64,000 nucleotides of DNA, taken from the NCBI GenBank assembly GCA_001179505.1, contig CDMY01000355.1, forward strand, positions 1-64,000. The letters are read 5' to 3'. The translations under genes and the position numbers were made by a program. Within the stretch, counting starts at the first letter, position 1. Each line of letters begins with the position of its first letter. Below, one piece after another: positions 35,701-45,949 of this stretch. Under the pieces are notes generated by a model. That model saw nothing but the letters and a program-made list of their open reading frames with translations. It searched no databases and was not told where the DNA came from. This DNA comes from Vitrella brassicaformis CCMP3155. Lineage: Eukaryota > Protista > Chromerida.

Positions 35701-36764
35701 GTATCGTATCCACAGGAAGAGACCGTGTGTGGTGCGCGTGAGGAGTGCAGTGCGGAGTGCGGGAGGGACCTTTTTGATGAGTTCGTCGTATCTTCTCTCG
35801 TACTGCTGGAACAGGCTGGTGTCGTTCTGAATGGTGTCGATCTCCTGACTGCGCTCAACACAACACATACACAGACAGAGAGAGAGGTGATTCATGACCT
35901 GCGGACAGTCAAGGACAGAGCCCGCCACCACACACTCTCGCCCACCCACCGGAATCGGTTGATTTCGTTCATGAGCTCGCCCGTCTTCTGCCGCAGCTGC
36001 GTCATGTAGTACGAACGGTCATATACCTGCCGACCAGGACCTGAACACACACCACAATGCATTTACCACACCAAACCATGCAGCCCTTAGTCTGTCTGTC
36101 GTCATGCATATGTGCTCCCCTGCAGGCCCCTCACCCACCCACCCACTCACTCACCGATTTGTCCGGTCTTCATGCCCATGAGCCCCTGCTGCGTGACGGG
36201 CCGGTCCGCCACCTTCACCTCAGTAGCCACGCCCACACCTATGGCCCCATCCTACACACAATGCAATCCAATGCATTGCACCGCACCAACAGGCAGGCAT
36301 GTGCAAACAAACGCATGTGCCTGTCTTGCTTGTTTCTGTACCCTCATTGCCGTGCCCATTCGCCCCCGCATGGCCGTCCCCGGCACACCGCCATAGCCCA
36401 ACGACCCTGACACACATAGACACAGACACAGACAGACATGTGCCACTTGGCCGCAGATCTTGGCTTGATCAGTCGTCATGCAGCTGACCAGTGATGGGTC
36501 GTGTGACGCCAGTGCCGGGAGGCGCCGCGATGCCCACTGATGGAGCCACATGACAACACACAGGAGAGATGAAATGAATGCATGGGTTGATGCTGATGGA
36601 CGGATGGATGGATGGATCTGCGTGTGTGTCTGTGTTGTTCACTTCTGCTTGGAGGTGTCGGGCCATAGCCCCGAGAGCTGGGCCGCCTGACAAGACAAAG
36701 AGGCACCATGCCCATCACACCAAAGGTGTGATGAAGCGACGATTTTTCTTTTTCCTTACTGCAT
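32775..36764 (-). CDS. IFT74: Intraflagellar transport protein 74/72
   Basis: N-terminus MQ|RPSSRG..., PGTAMRGRMGTAMR, VKVADRPVTQQGLMGMK, GPGRQVYDRSYY, RTLEGDLADYNLALDK, EKYQLLF.RKDQEMTTF, long coiled coil, and HETHQALETQEQKLKHFEQ. Confidence 0.92.
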
Positions 36765-36833
36765 GGTGTGACGATTGGCACCGTGCGGAGCTACCAACCA
36801 AAGCAGATCTACTATGGCGATGCTTCCACCTTT

Positions 36834-36852
36834 GCGAGCTTTTGGCGAGCTT
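36834..36852. promoter_or_regulatory. Two copies of candidate promoter motif GCGAGCTT in the IFT74/eIF3j bidirectional promoter
   Basis: GCGAGCTT at 36834-36841 and 36845-36852; the same 7-8-mer occurs in all five head-to-head intergenic regions of the window. Confidence 0.45.
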
Positions 36853-37071
36853 TGCCTTTCCTGCCCTCGCATCTTTTGCGTTCCGTGTGTTCGCGCTTCT
36901 TCGTCCAAGCTCACTTGCTCAGAACTGCAGCCAGCGGTCGGTCCACAGGTCGGTCAGTCAGCGGATCCCTTCCAAGACACACGTCTGTCGGCAGCAGCGG
37001 TTCCCTCCCTTCCTCATCACTCACGTCACATCGCATCGCATCACCGCCAGTCAGTCAGTCAGTCAGTCAGC

Positions 37072-37902
37072 ATGTCGAGTTGGGATGACGACGACTTCGA
37101 CGTCGACCCGGCCGGCGTCGCAACAAAGAAGATCAACGAGGAGGAGGAGGACGTCCTGGACGACTGGGAGCAGCACGACGACCAACCCACCGCACCAGCC
37201 GCACCAGCACCGCCACCGTCAGCGTCAGCGTCAGCCCAGCCAGCCAGCAACGGCACCCTCCCCGCCAAGAGCAAGCCACCAGCCAAGAAGGAGCCGGCGG
37301 AGGAGGCCTATGTCGCCCTGGACGATCCACTCGCCGAGAAACTGAGGCGGCAGAAGCTCGAAGAGCAGTCCAACGACATCTTGGCGGCCGACCTGTTCGC
37401 CGGCTGTCCCCGTCCAGATCCGTCATCAGGGAGGGGTGGGGAGGGCAACTCGACGGCAGCGTCAACCTCTGCGGCCGACGGTGTCAAGGAGAGGGGTAAG
37501 GCCACCAAAGTGGGAGGAACTGGGAAGGACAAGGGCGTGGCCAAGGACCTCTTCGACGACGTGTCCTTCAAGAGCACCAAGGACCTCGAGGCCTTCGCAG
37601 CCAAGCTGAGCGACAAGATCGTGGCCAGCCCGGTCAAGTCGGCGGGGTGGTTCCGCTTCCTGGACTTGGTGCTGCGTGACGCCCAGGGCAAGCTGGACGC
37701 CAAGGACTGCAAGAAGCTGATATCGAAGCTCAACGAGTACATCTCGCTCAAGGAGACGGCCAAGCGGCAGGCCGAGGACGCCAAGAAGAAGCCCAACAAG
37801 GTCAAGATGGACGCCAAGGACGAGATGGACATCATGTATGGCGAGGGTGCCGAGGAGGAGTACGAGGAGGACGATGAGGAGTACTACAAGGACTTTATGT
37901 AG
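37072..37902 (+). CDS. EIF3J: Eukaryotic translation initiation factor 3 subunit J (single exon)
   Basis: MSSWDDDDF...DVLDDWE...LDDPLAEKLRRQKLEEQS...AADLFAG, and a C-terminal acidic tail ending ...YYKDFM*. Confidence 0.9.
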   Translation: MSSWDDDDFDVDPAGVATKKINEEEEDVLDDWEQHDDQPTAPAAPAPPPSASASAQPASNGTLPAKSKPPAKKEPAEEAYVALDDPLAEKLRRQKLEEQSNDILAADLFAGCPRPDPSSGRGGEGNSTAASTSAADGVKERGKATKVGGTGKDKGVAKDLFDDVSFKSTKDLEAFAAKLSDKIVASPVKSAGWFRFLDLVLRDAQGKLDAKDCKKLISKLNEYISLKETAKRQAEDAKKKPNKVKMDAKDEMDIMYGEGAEEEYEEDDEEYYKDFM

Positions 37903-38207
37903 GGCGGGAGGGGGACTGGGCACCACCCAACCAAATCCATCCGGTGAGCGAGCAGGCAGACACAAGGCAAGGCGGGGAGGGGAAGCGTCGTGTGCATGGC
38001 ATGTTGGGTTGGGTGTGGTGGTGGTGTTTGTGTGTCAGGTTTTCCTCTCGTAACAGCTTGATTTGCTAGTGGGACGTGTCGGCCATCCTTCCACGTATCC
38101 ATCCATCCATTCAGCTATCGCTCTCGTGCCTTTCTTGTCTACCTACCTCCCCTGACAGCTGTACAGGCGTCGATCTTGCTTTTTCAACCAATCTGCACCG
38201 TGCGCCA

Positions 38208-38326
38208 GGTGCTGCTGCGCGCCTCCTACATCCTCGTGCTGCTACTTCGGGGCGGCTCTCAGGGCACTGAGTGCCGCCTTGTAGTAGCAGCAGGAGAGTG
38301 CAGGAGGCAGCAGCAGACAGAGCACC
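38208..38326 (+). ncRNA. ~120-nt long imperfect hairpin (pre-miRNA-like or 3'-UTR structure)
   Basis: Nested pairs GGTGC/GCACC, TGCTGC/GCAGCA, GCCTCCT/AGGAGGC, TCCT/AGGA, TGCTGCTAC/GTAGTAGCA, GGCGGC/GCCGCC and CTCAG/CTGAG, with a GGCA loop. The irregular pairs are G-U on the + strand. Confidence 0.4.
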
Positions 38327-38439
38327 TTTGTGTCGTGTGCAGCTAGCTGACTGTGAGGTGTTTGCTCGTCCGTCTGTTGATCGATCTGGGTGGCTGCATA
38401 GCTACTCGTCATGACCATGACTACCTGACTCTCTCGTCC

Positions 38440-38475
<36 letters not shown>

Positions 38476-39081
38476 GTGTATGTGCTCCCAATGGCGATGT
38501 CAGGTGCTGGATGGATGGCTGGATGGCTGGCTGGCTGCACGTCTCTTGGTTGGCAGGTTTTGTTGTCTGTCTGGCTTGTCCATCGAGCATTTTTGGGATG
38601 GGCTCTTCTCGATTGCGGTGTTTGGTCTGGCTGCTCTTGCTTGGCCTTGACAGCCACTCATTGGGCGCTTTGCACAGCGCCCGTGGGTAAGATGTCATGG
38701 CCCTGCCTGGGCAACCAGACAGAGAGCACCGGTCGGTCGAGAGAGACGAGAACGGACTACAGATGAGGGAGGAAGGTGTGTGGATGTCGTGTGGGTGGCC
38801 CGTCATCCATCCTGTGCCTCCGTGTGTGCGTGGTTCCATGGGTTGCATGTCAAATCGAGACCTTTCTGTGGTGGTGTTGCGTGTCGTGATCCATCTTGAC
38901 CCATCAACACATTTCATGTACCCATCCGATGGCCAATAAATGAACCAATGCATTCGTGTGCGTGTGCCAATGTCGAGACACAACCATGCGCAGAGCGGTA
39001 GGTAGCAAAGATTGACCCAAACGCGCCGAACGGACGAAATGTAACAGTACAGCAATCCCGCCGCCCCCATCTCTCATCTAT

Positions 39082-41076
39082 CTATCTGCCCGTCTTCCCC
39101 TTCTGGAGCCCCACAAACCGTGGCCGTCGCTTCGGCGCCATGAGAAGGTGCTTGACGATAGTCTCACCCTTCAGCCCACACGCAAGCGCCCTCTCGTACC
39201 AGTGATGCAGCCTGATCTGCTCCTCGCACCGTCGCATGTCCATCACGTGGCTCCCTCTCCCCTGCCCAGCCATACCTACACCATGTTGGTGCCTCAATCT
39301 CGCTCGGTTGGTTTGTAGTGGGGGCAGGTCAGGGATGGGGGTGTCGCTCTCTTCCTTGGGCGCCGAGGACAGCTCTCGGCTCTCGGGCGATGCGCTGGTG
39401 ACGCTTCTGGTCTTCCGCCTCTTGGGCCGTGTCTTGTTGTCTGCACTGGTGACGGCAGAGCTGCTCTGGCTGGCCGAATGCTGAGACATGGAGCTGACGC
39501 TCTTCTTGCTGCCCTTGCTGCCGTCCCTGTGGGTGTGGCGCGTCAGCAGCACACTCGCCCTGAAGCTTGGACTGCGGAGGGCAAGCGACGATGTCTTTAT
39601 CTGAGGTGGGAAGGCACGATGGCTGGGTGAAGGCCTGCATGTGTGTCTTTTGTTACCATTGCGAGTTCGCTGTCGAGCTCACTCATGTGGAAGGCGAATT
39701 TGCTCGTCTTCGTGAAGGCCTGCGGGGGCCGTGTGTCACTCTGGGAGGACTGCACGATTCGCGCGAGGAGGGCTGAGGCTCCCAGGGCATCATTGGGGTG
39801 TGCGAGGGGGGAGGAGGATGCTGACATGTGTCGAGGGGAGCATGCAGTGGGGGAGGCCTGGGCGGAAGCCTGTGCTGGGCCCTCAGGGACCGGAGGCAGG
39901 TCTGGAGGAAGCATCCTCACTTTGAGATGGAACCAAGGGGAGTGGAACAGTGGGCCCCAAAAAGGCAAGCTGGTTCGTCGCGGGTCATCCCCCTCCCCTA
40001 CCCCCTCCCCCACCCCCTCCCCCATTTCGACAAGTGAAGTAATATGCAGCTCCCCACCCATCCCTTATCAATCCACCTCCTCTACTTCGGGCGGTCCATC
40101 TGGGCCGTTCTTGCCTTTTGCATCCTCATCGCGAAGGAGGTAGAACGAGAAACTTCCTACCCGCCCCTTTGACGCCATCAGCCTTCTTCCAGCGCTGAGC
40201 CAGGCACCCTATCACCTCCATGGTGAGCTCCGCCGGCAGCTTGGTCATCTGCGGCTTCCACACTTCCGGCGGATGCTTCACCACCTCCTTGGCCAGCGAC
40301 TCAGCCACCCTGTCCTGGGGGAAGTTGGTACTCGTCATGAGGTTCGGCTTGAGCTCCAGGACTAAGATTGCCACACCGAGGGTCCACTCGGGGATGCACG
40401 AGTAGAGCACGTCCAGGATGACAGCCACGTGCGCCTCCATGCCGAGATACTCACACATAGCCAGCAGGTACAGCAGGCCGCCGTACACCATGGTGCCGTC
40501 CGGCTCGTGCTTCTTCTGCGGAGGGCCCTCGGAAGACGCCGCCGCCGCCGCTGCTGACCCCTCTTGCACGGGCTCATCGTCCTGCTTGTGGTGTGTAGGC
40601 ACATGAAGGGCGTAGGGGCGGTTCTGACATGAATGGAACCGGCAAATGACACACCCAGCAGAATGGCGTGTTGGCTGTTGTCTTACCTTCATGCCGGTGA
40701 TGTGATTCTTGAGCAGCTGAAATGAACGGAAGAAGCAGATGGGGCATCAGGTCAGAGGTACAGCAACGCGCGGGTGCCATTCCTACCTCAGAATCTGCCA
40801 TCTCCGAGAGTGCCATCAGCACGGTCAGGTGTTTGAAGGTCTCGGCATGGATGTACGGCAGCTCCACCTCCTGTTTGGCGTTCTCGACAAACCCATCACG
40901 CTCGATGGCAGCAAAGTAACCCGAATGCTTGACGAGCAGATCCTGCACAAAAGAGAGGCACGTGAATGTGGCGTTCCCACGTGTCTGCCCATCTCCCGCC
41001 TCACCTTCTTCTCGGTAAAGGTCTGCTGCGCGTCGCCTGAGCCAACGACTATCTTGAAAAACGACGCCTCAGCCAT
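39082..41076 (-). CDS. BTB/POZ-domain protein with Ser/Lys-rich C-terminal region
   Basis: FKIVVGSGDAQQTFTEKK|DLLVKHSGYFAAIERDGFVENAKQEVELPYIHAETFKHL, then LLYLLAMCEYLGM. A phase-1 intron (~39921-40160) links it to the downstream exons ending ...GLQKGKTGR*. Confidence 0.75.
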
Positions 41077-41265
41077 GGCGCCGCCTCGCACACCTCTCAC
41101 CCAAACTCCGTTTCTTCGATCCGTTTCGCTACTTTCGTTGTATGCTACAGTCTGGCAGCGCTAGAGGAGTGCCGTCATGGCCAGAATGCGATGAAAGGCG
41201 CTCATTTTCTCCGGACGCGATCCACTGAAGCTCGCGCGCAGAGATTCTGAAGAGCGAAGGCGATT

Positions 41266-43140
41266 ATGTGGAGAGGCACCATTCGTTCGGGGCGCAAGTC
41301 CATCGACGCCATTCCCGAGTCGAGAGACCAGTCTCCGGGACGCTCGCCCACGCTGTCGGTGTATGGAGGCCTCAACACACCCACATTCGGTGAGGGAGCA
41401 CCTGGAGGGCATGAGGGGATGGCCTCTTGAATTGCATCACACTGCCTCTTGTCTGTGTCCCTTGGTTGGTTGCTGTCCATTCTCAGATATTCTGACGCCA
41501 GATCGTGTCGGTGTGTTGGCCACTGTCGCCCGCATCGTCGCAGAGCACCAGTACACCATCGAAAGTGCAGATGTCGAGACCACAGACAAGGGATACGCCC
41601 GCGAAGTGCTCCAGGTGTGTGTGTGTGCCTCGCGAAAACAAATTCGCATCCATCACATGCCTTCTGCTCGATGTTTGTGACTGCAGCTGCGTCGCAGTGA
41701 CGACTTTGACGCGGTGCCAGCGCCCGACGATTCGACGGCCCGTCTGGAGGCGCTGAAGAACAGCATCAAGGAGCACTTGAAGACGCTCATCGACACCGAA
41801 GAAGCACCCCGTCCCCGTGGGAAGGGCAGGAGGGCCAGGGGTCGGGCGGGCGACAAGGACCAGGCAGAGATCGTCGTCGAGGGAGCCGACAAGGTGACAG
41901 AGATGGATGTGCGGATGGATAGCACCTGATGACTGTGTGATATCTGTTGTGTGTTGTCAGGTTGGATTGCTCGGAGGGATTACTGACGTCATCCGTCGTC
42001 ATGGCTTCACCATATCCAACGCAAAGATCGAAACGATGCAGGTGCGCGCACACCGAGAAACAACATGCAGCGCGCACAGATCACCTGAGAATATCAGCTC
42101 ACCTCTTGCTCACGTTGATCGCAGGACGGCGTTGTGCGCGACACGTTCCGTCTTCGGCTCGGCGGTGCGCTTCTCTACAGCGACACATCAATCGACGAGT
42201 GCCTGGAGGACCTCATGGAGTCACTCGAGGACAGCGGCGCAAAGTAAATTCCCACAACGATGGCACGCAGAATGACTGGATGGTGTCGCCCGTCGTGTTG
42301 CCTGTTGCCTGTGTCAGTTTCCACGACTTTGTGGAGCCAGTGTTAGACGAGGACTTCAAGTCATCCCCCATCAAGCAGCCCATCGCTCCCGAGCTCATTA
42401 CCAAGATGGTCACCCACGACTCCCTGGAGCTCCCTCAGCTGCCCCCCAAGTCACTCGAGACCCCCGCCCTCTACTCGCGCAGCGCCACAGACCCCGTGGG
42501 CACACCCGGCACATTCTTCACACCTCCCCTCAAACCATCCAATCGCCCCCCACCAGGGACCACCAATGACAGCTCACAGCAGCAGCAGCAGCAGCAGCGA
42601 ACAGACAAGGACGTCAACGACTCGCTGGCGCAGTTTTTCATCTCGCGTCTTGACAGCGATGACGACTTCAGACTCGAGGAGGCGGCCGAGCCGGTCCCGC
42701 CAGCGGACGGGCCGACTGCTGCCGAGGGGGCAGTCATCAGGAAAGACAGCGGGCCCGGCACGTGGGTGGGCAGCATTCGCCCCGACAGCCCTCTGATGAA
42801 CGCCGTGAAGCGCGAGCCCAGGCCGACGCGGCCCCCCGGCCTCCGCCGCAAGCGATCCAGCTCTATAGCGTCTGGCGAGCGTCTGCCCTCCCTGCCGGGC
42901 CACCGCACGTCGAGCTCCCACTCTCACTCCACCGAGACGAGCGAGAATGAGAATGGCGGCGATCTCCCTCCTGTCAGTCAAACACCACGATCGGAGTCGC
43001 GTTCGCCGCAGGAAGGGATGCACCTCTCCTGCAAGATCAGCAAGAGACCCGCCAGTGTGGACGCAGGACCAAACAGGGGCAGACACAAGTCAGCAACCGA
43101 GCGAGCCAGCCATACACACACACACAGACCTTTTTTCTGA
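41266..43140 (+). CDS. Protein with two ACT domains and a long disordered Ser/Pro-rich tail
   Basis: ACT-like segments TPDRVGVLATVARIVAEHQYTIESADVET and GADK|VGLLGGITDVIRRHGFTISNAKIETMQ|DGVVRDTFRL. The 3' end is uncertain. Confidence 0.7.
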
Positions 43141-43551
43141 TAACTTCTACTGTCCGCCTGTGTGTGCCTCCAGCTTCTGTCTGTCGGCGTTTCGCGGTCT
43201 CCGGAAGGACGAGAGGGGCATGCACACGTGACCTTACTGCGTCCATTCCATTGAAGCGGTTTTTTCCTGGCGGTTTTTGCCAGCAAAGGGAAGGGGTAAT
43301 GTGGGATGTGGGGGGGTCTCGCCGGTCTTTCTATCTGTCTATCTATCTATCTCTGTGTTCGTCCCGTCACGACGAATTTTTATCCATCTCGCGTGCATGT
43401 GTGCGCGCTGTGTCGGTCGGTCGGTCGGTCGGTCGGTCATTCCATATATTAGAGGGAACGGTGTGTGCATCTTATCTATCTTGTGTGCAGTGCATGTGTC
43501 GATCAGAAGTACACATGTGCACCTGGGTGGGGGTGGAGGCATACAGCCAGG

Positions 43552-43840
43552 CTATCTATCAAGGTCCTCGACTTTTTTGGCCGCCCTGCTGCTGCCCGCG
43601 CGTCTGCCACAGACCAGCAGCATTGCAAGTGGGTGAGAGGTGCGGATGGAGGCCTGGAAGTTCTTGTGCTATCTATAGCTTTCGTACTGCCTGCCTGTCG
43701 CACCTCCTCTGCCCCGTGTCGTCGAATGGACCATTCATGTCGTCGATGGGTTTGGATGCCATGCTAGATGGCTGCTCGTATGGGCATGTATTTGCCTTCA
43801 ACTGCGACGTCTTTTTCGCGAGTTTCGATGGGTCGATCAT
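43552..43840 (-). CDS. Possible small 2-exon protein (~62 aa)
   Basis: MIDPSKLAKKTSQLKANTCPYEQPSSMASKPIDDMNGPFDDTGQRR|RAGSSRAAKKVEDLDR* using a GT-AG intron at 43604-43703. No recognisable domain. Confidence 0.3.
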
Positions 43841-44387
43841 GCTTCAACCGCGTGTTCCTTCGTACGGGTGGCACAGGTGGCTGGAAGGCTTCCCGGGGTG
43901 CGTCGAACAACGCATGTTCGGGACACCTTCCTGTCGCGAGTCGCACCTGTGGGAGGAAGGCGTCAGAGAAGTCTGCAGTTTCTCTTCGCACTGGCTCCGG
44001 CTCGGTTGCGTCTTTGTGTGCGGTGAGAGTGACGTGCGGAGGGCGCTCGAGGGTGAGCAAACGAGACGGTCAAGCAAGACACGTCACGTTTCCTCACACT
44101 CCTGCCCCAGTGTTCAGTGCCTTGCGATCGAAGCACGAACAAGAGATCTAGACTGTAGTCACGAGTATCAGACTGTGCACTTGAGACTCTCTTGAGACAG
44201 CAAACGCCGAGTTGTGCATGGACGATTGTGCCTGACGACACCAATCCGTAGCCAGTCCACGACAAACCAAAGATCTCGGAGACACCATAATAATTTGCAC
44301 GCCTGCTCGCCCCCAGTCTCAGTCGAGTGAAGCTCCCACATCCGCTCCCTCCAGGTGCGCTCTCAGTCCCCTCCTTTCTCTGCCGGG

Positions 44388-45880
44388 ATGATGACGAGTG
44401 ACTCGGATACAGGAAGTGTGGGCCCGCTGCAGCACTCATGGCTTGCGGATGCAGTCAAGGTCGGCATGGTGTGTGCGCGACTGTTTCGGGACGGCGCGAG
44501 CGAGCAGAGGCGGGTCTTTCGACTTGTGTTGGGGATGATGGCACAATTGGTGACAAAGCAGGCGAGAGAGGAGGGACTGGGCGAAGAGTTCGGCCCGACG
44601 ACAGAGGACGACAGGGACGTCATCTGGAAGATGTGGAAGGCCGCAAGAGGTGAAGGAAGAACCGCATCTATTGTGTCCATCATCCATGTGTGGAAATGAT
44701 GATGGTCTTGTATGCTGTCCACCATCAGGTGCTGTGCTTCACCTTTTGCCACCCATCCGGCCCTCCATCGTGTGGCCCATCCTCCCCGCCATCCGTCTCC
44801 GTCTCGCGAGAGCATTGCGCATCATCAGGCACCTCATCTATGCCCGCCTTCTCTCGTCCTTCCTCTCACTCAAAGCCGTCTGGCGGCAATCATCGATGCG
44901 TGGTCGGGCATCGCAGGCGTCAGATGCGGTCAGGCGTCGCATACTGGGATGCCAGATCACCGAGGCGAGCGCACAGTGGAAGGGAGGGGTCGTCGGCGGC
45001 CTGATTGAGCTGGACCGTGCGGTCAAGAGGGTGCTGTTGAGGCGGAAGGGCATGGCCATGCGTGTGTGGCGGAGGGAGGCTGGGCGGGGCGACAGGGAGG
45101 GATGGGCCATGATGCGAAAGGGACTGATGAACTGGACGGGAGAAAAAGGCGGAGACGCCGAGAAGAAGGTCGGTCAGACAATGGCGCAGACAAGTGGACT
45201 GGGTGTTTGGTTCGTCAGTCAATCTCCGCGTGTGTTTGCACAGTGGCTGGGTCTGATGCTGCCTGAGAGACAGTTGGTTGTCATCCTCCTCGATGCACTG
45301 TGGCGAAACAGTGAGCGTATATGCATATCATATGGCCTTCGATCACTCATTCCCTCATCTGTTGTGTGCAGATGGCTCCACGCTTCTCTCCAGGCTGCTC
45401 ATCGACACAAATGTCTCATCCCTGGCTTACCAGCTCGCCAACCAATATGCTCACACTGACCCATCCGCCCTCCCGCCGCGCCTTGCATCCATCGCACAAC
45501 CCATCACCGCCATGTCGACACTCACCAGCCTGACGGCCTTCTTGCCCTTCCCTTTCGAGTCGCATGATGTCGGCGGCGACGACGTCTTCGTCCGTGTGAC
45601 CCCTGAGGCGATGCGACTGTGGGGCCGGGTGAGGGAGTGGCATGGGCGGGGCGGGACGCCCAGCGACCTCGGCAAGAGGAAGAGGGCGATGGCATACGAT
45701 GAGGCGAGAGAGGCCAAGTCACTTCGGGCGGGCATCGCGACGCTTGCAGGTGGGTGGGGGAGAAGGGGGAGAGAGACATTGAGGAGAGACATGCGTTTGG
45801 TGTGCAGGCCTGGAGCCGAGAGCCAAGAAACAGGAGAAGAGACCTGTCGAGCTTTCGCAGTCCGTGACATCGCTCTCTGA
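44388..45880 (+). CDS. Hypothetical protein (4 exons); may be the 5' part of the downstream C2/LRR gene
   Basis: Microsatellite-free coding-like exons (SWLADAVKVGMVCARLF...; IVWPILPAIRLRLARALRIIRHLIYARLL...). Phase-0 GT at 45800 or 45860 could splice to the AG at 45942-45943. Confidence 0.55.
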
Positions 45881-45949
45881 CGTGAGCCCTTCGTTGTGCC
45901 TGCATTCAGCATTTCTTCTGTTGATCAATGTTGTTTGCGTCAGAAAGAG

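Noticed and set aside
43164-44439. 343-aa (+) and 158-aa (-) ORFs as real genes or a TE remnant
   Set aside because: No recognisable motifs; the (+) ORF is partly microsatellite-derived; no TIRs or TSDs found.
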